Assembly (NCBI GenBank): GCA_017561935.1
Contig: JAFZBE010000047.1
Location: 19,680 to 83,679 of the forward strand
DNA length: 64,000 nt
Origin: Bacteroidales bacterium
Lineage (GTDB): Bacteria; Bacteroidota; Bacteroidia; Bacteroidales; UBA3663
Direction: 5' to 3'
Shown: in pieces, positions 58,860 to 64,000 of the stretch
Position numbering within the stretch: position 1 is the first letter of the stretch
How the letters are laid out: every line of letters starts with the position of its first letter
The notes under the pieces: generated by a model
What the model saw: the letters and a program-made list of their open reading frames with translations, nothing else
Database searches by the model: none
Told to the model about the DNA's origin: nothing
Made by a program: the position numbers and the translations under genes

Positions 58860-59280
58860 TGGAAAGTCGAGGTATAACCAATTTTGGCCAAGAAAGGGTA
58901 TTCTTCGGTGGGAGAAAGACCAAAGTTGGCCAAGAAAGGGTATGCCGCGATGGGAGCATGACCAGTTTTGGCCAAGAAAGGGTATGCTGCGGTTGGATAG
59001 AGCACTCTGACGGGCGACAGAGTGCTTGCTCCGGTTGAAGTATGACCAAAGTTGGCCAAGAAAGGGTATGCCGACGTTGGAGAATGACCAGTTTTGGCTA
59101 AGAAAGGGTATGTCTCGGTTGGATAGAGCACTCTGACGGGCGACAGGATGCTTGCTCCGGTTGGAATATGACCGATCTTGGCCGAGAAAGGGTATGCGGA
59201 GGTTGGAGAATGACCATTTTCGGCCGAGAAAGGGTATGCCGCGATAGGAGTATAACCAGTCTTGGCCAAGAATGGTCATA
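58860..59280. repeat. 42-bp tandem repeat array with 126-bp higher-order periodicity
   Basis: The core GGCCAAGAAAGGGTA (and variants) starts at 58886, 58928, 58970, 59054, 59096, 59180, 59222 and 59264, so spacings are 42 or 84 bp. Every third unit is replaced by a hairpin-bearing unit (agcactctg-N8-cagagtgct at 59001-59026, degenerate copy at 59127-59152). Confidence 0.85.
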
Positions 59281-59297
59281 GTGCTGACGGAGATGCA

Positions 59298-59532
59298 TCA
59301 TTCTTCATTCTGAGCGGACTTCTCGTTGCGGGAGCGGAGTTTCTCGGCATTTTCGATGATGATCTTCCAGGAAACGCTGATCGACATTCAGGTAGAAGGC
59401 GACTTCCTGTGCGGAGTGAGTCTTTACTCATTTGACATAATCGACGACGGCATCGACGGCGATCTGTCCGGTGGGAGCCCCTCCTGTCTTCCAGAGCTCC
59501 TCAACTGTGGTAATTTGTTTGATAAAAATCAT
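59298..59532 (-). pseudogene. decayed small HTH-like gene (in-frame TGA plus apparent frameshift)
   Basis: MIFIKQITTVEELWKTGGAPTGQIAVDAVVDYVK-TGA(59428-59430)-VKTHSAQEVAFYLNV... Protein-like sequence then continues in the +1 frame (MSISVSWKIIIENAEKLRSRNEKSAQNEE*). Confidence 0.3.
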
Positions 59533-59566
59533 ACTGTTTGTTTTTTAAGGGTTAATATTGGTTTTT

Positions 59567-59650
59567 TTATCACGAATTGGCGAATTATAGAATTATTATG
59601 GCGGGTGGACTTCTGTCCTGTCAATTCTTTAATTCTCGAATTCGTGATTA
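59567..59650. repeat. TIR-bounded short element, copy 1
   Basis: TTATCACGAATTGGCGAATTATAGAATTATTAT ... GTCAATTCTTTAATTCTCGAATTCGTGAT. The termini ATCACGAATT/AATTCGTGAT are inverted repeats. Confidence 0.7.
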
Positions 59651-59666
59651 AGAAATGCTTCGCTCA

Positions 59667-59773
59667 ACAAATTCTCTCGGAAATAGTCTTAGTGGGGCTT
59701 AGCCTACCCCGCCCCCCTTTGTGGGGGGTAGGGGGGCTATAAGCCCCGACTATTTCCTCCTGGGAGAATTTGT
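59667..59773. repeat. 107-nt imperfect foldback (long palindrome) with GC-rich tip
   Basis: Arms pair as acaaattctc/gagaatttgt, ggaaatagtc/gactatttcc and ggggctta/taagcccc. C6/G6 runs lie around the loop tttgt. Confidence 0.7.
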
Positions 59774-59799
59774 CTCGCTGTCCTCTATCTCCTTTCTCT

Positions 59800-59913
59800 T
59801 TATCACGAATTATCGAATTATAGTATTATTATATCAAGCAGACTTTATCTGTTGAACTGTTATCGAGAGTCAACCTCAACACAGTCAATTCTTTAATTCT
59901 CAAATTCGTGATA
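59800..59913. repeat. TIR-bounded short element, copy 2 (direct repeat of 59567-59650 with a longer insert)
   Basis: TTATCACGAATTATCGAATTATAGTATTATTAT ... GTCAATTCTTTAATTCTCAAATTCGTGATAA. Confidence 0.7.
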
Positions 59914-59995
59914 AAAAATAACGTCTTACCCTCTCTTCTAGACCTTCGTTTATTTATAGGATGACAAAGTGGACCCAAGGGGGGACCCTCTCGTT

Positions 59996-60055
59996 CCCCC
60001 TGCTTAGGGGGAGGACTTGCTTGTCCGGACTTACTTCTTCCCCCTAAGCAGGGGG
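59996..60055. repeat. inverted pair of the CCCCCTAAGCAGGGGG hairpin motif just 3' of the 60068 gene
   Basis: ccccctgcttaggggg (59996-60011) and ccccctaagcaggggg (60040-60055). The same motif lies 3' of the crtI-like gene at 39446-39461. Confidence 0.7.
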
Positions 60056-60067
60056 ATTAGAGGGGGT

Positions 60068-60934
60068 CTAATCGTAGAGGGCGTGGAGGTCGGTCTGACT
60101 CAGGACTTCGTTATGATGGAGGACGAGGTTGTGGGTCAGACGGCCGCGATGGCCGTAGAGGATGTGCTGGAAACGGTGGCGCCAGTCCCACGAGAGGAGC
60201 TGGTAGTCGTTGCAGCGGCGAGTGAAACCGAAGAAGCCGATGCGGATGATCTTGCCGACCGAGTCGGGTGGCAGTGTGTGGAGGATGTCATTGCAGCAGC
60301 GTACGAGCGGATACTGGATGACATTGATCATACGCTGCTGGCGGGCAGCCTTGGTCATTCGACTGACGGTGCGAGGGCTGCGTCCTGTTGCCTTGGCCAG
60401 ATAGTTCACTGACAAGATGGTCTTTGCCGCATGAGAAGCACTTCCCGTGAGGGGAAGCCCCTTCGATTGTAACTCGTCGGCTCGGGTCTTGGCACTGATG
60501 TTGGTCAGAAGAAGCAGTTGGCGCATCTCACTTTCGATTTCAGTGACGTGGAGGTTTTCGCGAGGGCAGCACTTCACCTTTCCCACCACCATCTCGAGGC
60601 TTTTGCGTCCGCCCTTGAGGGTGACTTGGGTGGCGTACATCTTCTTCAGCGAACGGGCAACGATGATCTGCCGTCCGTTGGGGCACGTCGTCATCTGGAA
60701 CAGGCTGTTGCCTTCGCGGATGGCATCGAGGAGATTGTGCGCCTTGGTGTAGCCGAGGTGGAAGTCGCTGCGGAACTTCTTCTCGCTGGTGAAGATGTAG
60801 GTGCTGCTGGGACTAAGGCACTTCATGGCTACACTGAGGGCGACGAGGCTCCACTGCAAGGGGTCTTCCTTGACCTCCTGCAGCAGTGCCATCGGCACGT
60901 TGATGTAGTCCATTGTCAGTACTCTTGGTCTCAT
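60068..60934 (-). CDS. hypothetical protein (288 aa) with a probable helix-turn-helix
   Basis: Start placed at MRPRVLTMDYINVP, 17 nt after the first TAACTTTG box. LSVNYLAKATGRSPRTVSRMTKAARQQ is HTH-like. No family recognised. Confidence 0.6.
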   Translation of the reverse strand: MRPRVLTMDYINVPMALLQEVKEDPLQWSLVALSVAMKCLSPSSTYIFTSEKKFRSDFHLGYTKAHNLLDAIREGNSLFQMTTCPNGRQIIVARSLKKMYATQVTLKGGRKSLEMVVGKVKCCPRENLHVTEIESEMRQLLLLTNISAKTRADELQSKGLPLTGSASHAAKTILSVNYLAKATGRSPRTVSRMTKAARQQRMINVIQYPLVRCCNDILHTLPPDSVGKIIRIGFFGFTRRCNDYQLLSWDWRHRFQHILYGHRGRLTHNLVLHHNEVLSQTDLHALYD

Positions 60935-60944
60935 TGGTTTTTTT

Positions 60945-61400
60945 CGTTGCAAAGTTACGAAAAGGAAATTTGGCACTGTCCGAATTTGTCCGAATTTGTC
61001 CGAATTTGTCAGTTTTCGGAACAATGCTTTTTCACGATGCAAAGTTACGAAAAAGAAAATTGGCAGTGTCAGTTTGTGTCACTTTATGTCACTTTCCGAT
61101 ATATTGCCTCTTTTTCGTTGCAAAGTTACGAAATCGAAATTTGGCACTGTCCGCATTTGTCCGCATATGTCCGCTTATGTCCGTTTTCAGCAAAGCAATG
61201 TCTCGTCATTTGCGTTGCAAAGTTACGAAATAGTATTTTGGCATTGTCACCTTAGTGTCACCCTACGCATGGCGATGTCACCTTAGTGTCACCTTAATGT
61301 CACCTTACGAAAAGGAGCGCCTCTTTTTCGCTGCAAAGTTACGAAAAACAAATTTGGCAATGTCCAGCTTTGTCCAGCTATGTCCATTTGTGTCCAATTA
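60945..61400 (-). promoter_or_regulatory. array of five promoter-like modules, each with its own 10-11-bp TGTC-phased microrepeat
   Basis: GCAAAGTTACGAAA (minus strand: TTTCGTAACTTTGC, i.e. a TAACTTTG -7 box) occurs at 60959, 61039, 61120, 61217 and 61333. Each is followed by A(A/T)TTGGCAnTGTC and 3-5 repeats. See finding. Confidence 0.6.
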
Positions 61401-61612
61401 ATTTCGGGATGATTTATGTTTTAAAGAGTGTTGGAGGGAAGTATGATATTAATGCAAATTAAAAGTGGCAAACTAAGACGATATGGAAGAAGAAGATACT
61501 CAGATAGAAAAAAAACAGACCCAAAATTAGTGTAATTGTAGATTAAGTACTATTTTTGCAATGGAACGCAAAAATAATGAAACCTCTGCCACAGAATGGC
61601 GTACCTTAATCG

Positions 61613-61620
61613 TACTTTTG
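61613..61620 (+). promoter_or_regulatory. -7 box (TACTTTTG) for the WYL-regulator operon
   Basis: tacttttg lies 18 nt upstream of the ATG at 61639. Confidence 0.5.
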
Positions 61621-61638
61621 CACAAAAAATGAAATAAT

Positions 61639-62571
61639 ATGGTTGACAACGATCGAGGACAAAGCTTGATAAGCAAGTACGTTTGGGTGATAGACACTAT
61701 CTATCGCTGTCGTAAGATCTCGTTCAAAGAATTGAATGAGAGATGGCTGCGTGATACGGATATAAGCAGAGGTGTGGATATCCCCAAGCGAACTTTTGAC
61801 AACTGGCGATATGTCATCTGGGATATGTTCGGCATCAGTATCGTTAACGAGAATCGTGGCGATTATCGTTATTACATCGAGAACGAAGAGGACATCAGTG
61901 GGAACGGACTCCGCTCTTGGCTTTACAATACGTTCTGCGTGAGCAACGCTGTGGCCAACAGTCAAAGTGTCAAGGATCGTATCATCTTGGAATATGTGCC
62001 ATCGGGTCAGAATTATCTGAAACGTATCATTGATGCGATGAAGGAAAACCGTGTCCTCAACATAACCTACCGTAGCTATTGGAAAGACAATGAGAATAAT
62101 TTCGATGTGCAGCCCTACTGTGTGAAGTTGTATCGTCAACGATGGTATATGGTGGCACAAAGCATCAATCCGAATTATTTTGAGAAAGGACCACGTATCT
62201 ATGCTTTGGATCGTATCAAGAAACTCTTCATCAAGGATGAGCCTTTCGAAATGCCGAAGGATTGGAGTGCCCGAGATTTCTTTGATGGATGCTTTGGTAT
62301 CATTGCTGAGCAGACTGTTGAGGTTCAGCCGGTGAAACTTAAGGTTTCTGCACGACAGGCCAATTATATCCGCGATTTGAAAATGCATGAGTCGCAGGAA
62401 GAGATAGAACGTAACGAGGAATATAGCATTTTCAGAGTCTTTCTCCGTCCTGAGTTCGATTTCCAGCAGGAAATACTTTGGAATGGCGAGGACATGGAAG
62501 TGCTTGAGCCTCTTTGGCTCCGTCAGGAGATAGCTGAAAAGGTAAAAAGAATGTGGGATAAATATCAATAA
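61639..62571 (+). CDS. HTH-WYL-domain transcriptional regulator (BrxR/CapW-like architecture)
   Basis: N-terminal HTH (YVWVIDTIYRCRKISFKELNERW). WYL core RVLNITYRSYW...FDVQPYCVKLYRQRWYMVAQS....RIYALDRI. C-terminal extension. Confidence 0.8.
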   Translation: MVDNDRGQSLISKYVWVIDTIYRCRKISFKELNERWLRDTDISRGVDIPKRTFDNWRYVIWDMFGISIVNENRGDYRYYIENEEDISGNGLRSWLYNTFCVSNAVANSQSVKDRIILEYVPSGQNYLKRIIDAMKENRVLNITYRSYWKDNENNFDVQPYCVKLYRQRWYMVAQSINPNYFEKGPRIYALDRIKKLFIKDEPFEMPKDWSARDFFDGCFGIIAEQTVEVQPVKLKVSARQANYIRDLKMHESQEEIERNEEYSIFRVFLRPEFDFQQEILWNGEDMEVLEPLWLRQEIAEKVKRMWDKYQ

Positions 62572-62576
62572 ATGTT

Positions 62577-63653
62577 ATGGAACAAGATTTTAGTTATGAG
62601 GGCATTCGCAGGCTATGCTATCGTCATAGAAATGAAATCATTGAAATACATGAACACCCTCATCATTCTATCCTAAATTTTGATAATTTGTTTCGGAAGC
62701 TTGAAGGTAGGGAAGTTAGGTATATCGATCCTCTTGGGAAGTATAGATTTGCCAGATTTGGTCATTTCTACTTCAACGATAATGGTGTGATGATGTTGAT
62801 TACAGACGATGAAGAATACACACGGTTTCATCGTCCTGGCATTCTCTCACATACCCTTTGGTCCACAGTCCCTGTCATTTATGCTGGCATAGATACACGG
62901 ATACTGGACGATTGCAATCGTCCGATATTTACGGGAGATGTAGTAACCGATGTAGGAAATAGAGTAACATCGTACGTCCGTTATTTTCATCCCACGATTC
63001 CCGGATTGGCAGGCGATAATTGCGAGTCACAGTACAGACCTGGCCTTACATGGCACAAAGAAGGCACAGTATTCAGCGGTATCAGTCGCAAACTCTTCAA
63101 TCATTTCGACCTCTATGCCTTTGACTGGCCAAGGGAATCATTTTGCCCAAACGGGATAAGTCCCGAAGATGTAAGAGAGAGGGCCAAAGCAGCAATGGAA
63201 GAGCCTGCCTTCGTTGATAATCTTGCTACGACAAAACCCAAGCGAAGAATCTATACAGACACAATAGATGAGGCAATTCACGAAGGGTGTGTGGTCGCAT
63301 ACTTCAGAGGACAATCGCCTTTTGACGATGGCACACCTGGCTACGCGGTATTTTGCGACAATTATCCTCAAGGCTATAAAGGAAAGTGCTATGAGATAAT
63401 AATAGACGACAGGCATAATTATCCGAAGAGTCTGGAGTCTGGCATCAAAAAGTTCCTCCTTCATGCCCATAAACATCCCGAAACCACCTTCGCCCTTTGT
63501 GACTTTGTTCAAGATTTAAAAATTCCAAATGATATCCTTTCTATTATTGCACTCTTGTTTCAAGATTGGTTCTCCTTCAACATCCCCAATGTGATCCTTC
63601 CAGGATGGATTTTCTGGCAAATCGGGCTTGACGAATGTGTTGGAAAAGATTAA
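62577..63653 (+). CDS. hypothetical protein (358 aa)
   Basis: Clean ORF starting 6 nt after the WYL gene's stop. I recognise no motif. Confidence 0.6.
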   Translation: MEQDFSYEGIRRLCYRHRNEIIEIHEHPHHSILNFDNLFRKLEGREVRYIDPLGKYRFARFGHFYFNDNGVMMLITDDEEYTRFHRPGILSHTLWSTVPVIYAGIDTRILDDCNRPIFTGDVVTDVGNRVTSYVRYFHPTIPGLAGDNCESQYRPGLTWHKEGTVFSGISRKLFNHFDLYAFDWPRESFCPNGISPEDVRERAKAAMEEPAFVDNLATTKPKRRIYTDTIDEAIHEGCVVAYFRGQSPFDDGTPGYAVFCDNYPQGYKGKCYEIIIDDRHNYPKSLESGIKKFLLHAHKHPETTFALCDFVQDLKIPNDILSIIALLFQDWFSFNIPNVILPGWIFWQIGLDECVGKD

Positions 63654-63678
63654 TATAAAAACTAAAAACATTATTACT

Positions 63679-64000
63679 ATGGAAACAAAAAGCAAAGAAA
63701 AAAACAATGACGAAAGAAGTGAAAAACAACCAGAAAAGGCACGATTAGGTTCAATTGGTGAAAATTTAGTCATTGCAAAATTGATGGAACTAGGATGGGA
63801 CGCATTCAATGCTAACTGTTCTATCAAAAACTATAAATCTATTGATATTATATGTTTAAATATCGACGCAATTGAGAGCCCAGAAAAAGATTGGAAACCT
63901 GCGACATCGCTTATCCAAGTTAAGACGTCGGTTGGAAATAATATTCCTGTCGGATTTAGCCTCAAAGAAGCATGCGATAAGGACTATCTATGGAAAATGG
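63679..64000 (+). CDS. PD-(D/E)xK nuclease-fold-like protein, N-terminal part only (runs off right edge)
   Basis: My own translation: METKSKEKNNDERSEKQPEKARLGSIGENLVIAKLMELGWDAFNANCSIKNYKSIDIICLN...SLIQVKTS... The E ... D ... QxK spacing resembles restriction-endonuclease-like folds. Confidence 0.45.
   Translation, partial: METKSKEKNNDERSEKQPEKARLGSIGENLVIAKLMELGWDAFNANCSIKNYKSIDIICLNIDAIESPEKDWKPATSLIQVKTSVGNNIPVGFSLKEACDKDYLWKM

Larger units (their letters stand above)
46540..64000. other. tmRNA-adjacent accessory region (putative genomic island; right boundary not in view)
   Basis: Gene content changes abruptly to orphan and conflict-type genes, GC content is mosaic, and non-coding repeats are dense immediately 3' of ssrA. 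Confidence 0.5.

Noticed and set aside
58727-59279. Three overlapping minus-strand ORFs and two plus-strand ORFs across the 42-bp repeat array; also considered a CRISPR array
   Set aside because: Simultaneous openness in five frames is a by-product of a stop-free repeat whose length is a multiple of 3, so no frame can be preferred from the sequence alone. It is not a CRISPR array because the segments between the conserved cores are themselves repeated rather than unique spacers, the period is only 42 bp, and no cas genes are nearby.
60935-61042. N-terminal 36-codon extension of the 60068 ORF (track start at 61042)
   Set aside because: The extension starts at a TTG inside the second promoter-like core and reads through the TGTCCGAATT repeats. 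A -7 box lies 17 nt upstream of the internal ATG at 60934.
60518-61286. Plus-strand ORFs (245, 106 and 96 aa) across the promoter-module array
   Set aside because: Their products simply mirror the DNA repeats (..LQSYEKEIWHCP.. repeated). They also run antisense to the 288-aa gene, so they are artefacts of repetitive DNA.
61606-62568. 320-aa minus-strand ORF
   Set aside because: It is antisense to the WYL-regulator gene, which has a clear WYL motif, its own promoter box and tight coupling to the next gene.
46499-64000. Direct repeat of the tmRNA 3' end, or an integrase, that would define a classical ssrA-integrated island
   Set aside because: No second copy of GGTTCGAACCCCTCCAGCTCC, and no recombinase-like ORF, is visible in the window. 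The island call therefore rests only on gene content and composition.

Overview
The window looks like a Bacteroidota chromosome, probably Prevotellaceae-like. Evidence: TAnnTTTG -7 promoter boxes in front of most operons, a T9SS C-terminal sorting tail, a type III glutamine synthetase, and a tmRNA with the tag GENNYALAA. Positions 1-46,100 are mostly housekeeping. They hold cysK, an O-acetylhomoserine sulfhydrylase, an Lrp-type regulator, purC, phoH, glnN with a porin, a short glycogen-synthase-like gene, the leuA-leuC-leuD-cimA-like-leuB operon, a GH28, glyQS and a C69 dipeptidase. The left edge adds a Strawberry-notch-like helicase. A nine-gene minus-strand type-II FAS/PKS-like lipid cluster (37.4-45.9 kb) resembles aryl-polyene/flexirubin clusters but shows no starter-unit genes. 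The tmRNA gene (46,105-46,498) marks a sharp change. Everything to its right (46.5-64 kb) is accessory DNA of mixed GC content with mostly unrecognisable proteins. This region contains: (i) a tightly coupled four-gene operon built around a 1261-aa DUF4062-like/P-loop/TPR STAND NTPase; (ii) two large orphan genes, one in a markedly AT-rich patch; (iii) about 2.6 kb of highly structured, mostly non-coding DNA with a 42-bp/126-bp tandem array, TIR-bounded direct repeats flanking a 107-nt foldback, and GC-rich palindromes; (iv) five stacked promoter-like modules, each followed by a different 10-11-bp TGTC-phased microrepeat; (v) a WYL-domain regulator leading an unknown 358-aa gene and a PD-(D/E)xK-like gene that runs off the right edge. 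All family calls come from reading motifs by eye. No searches were run.
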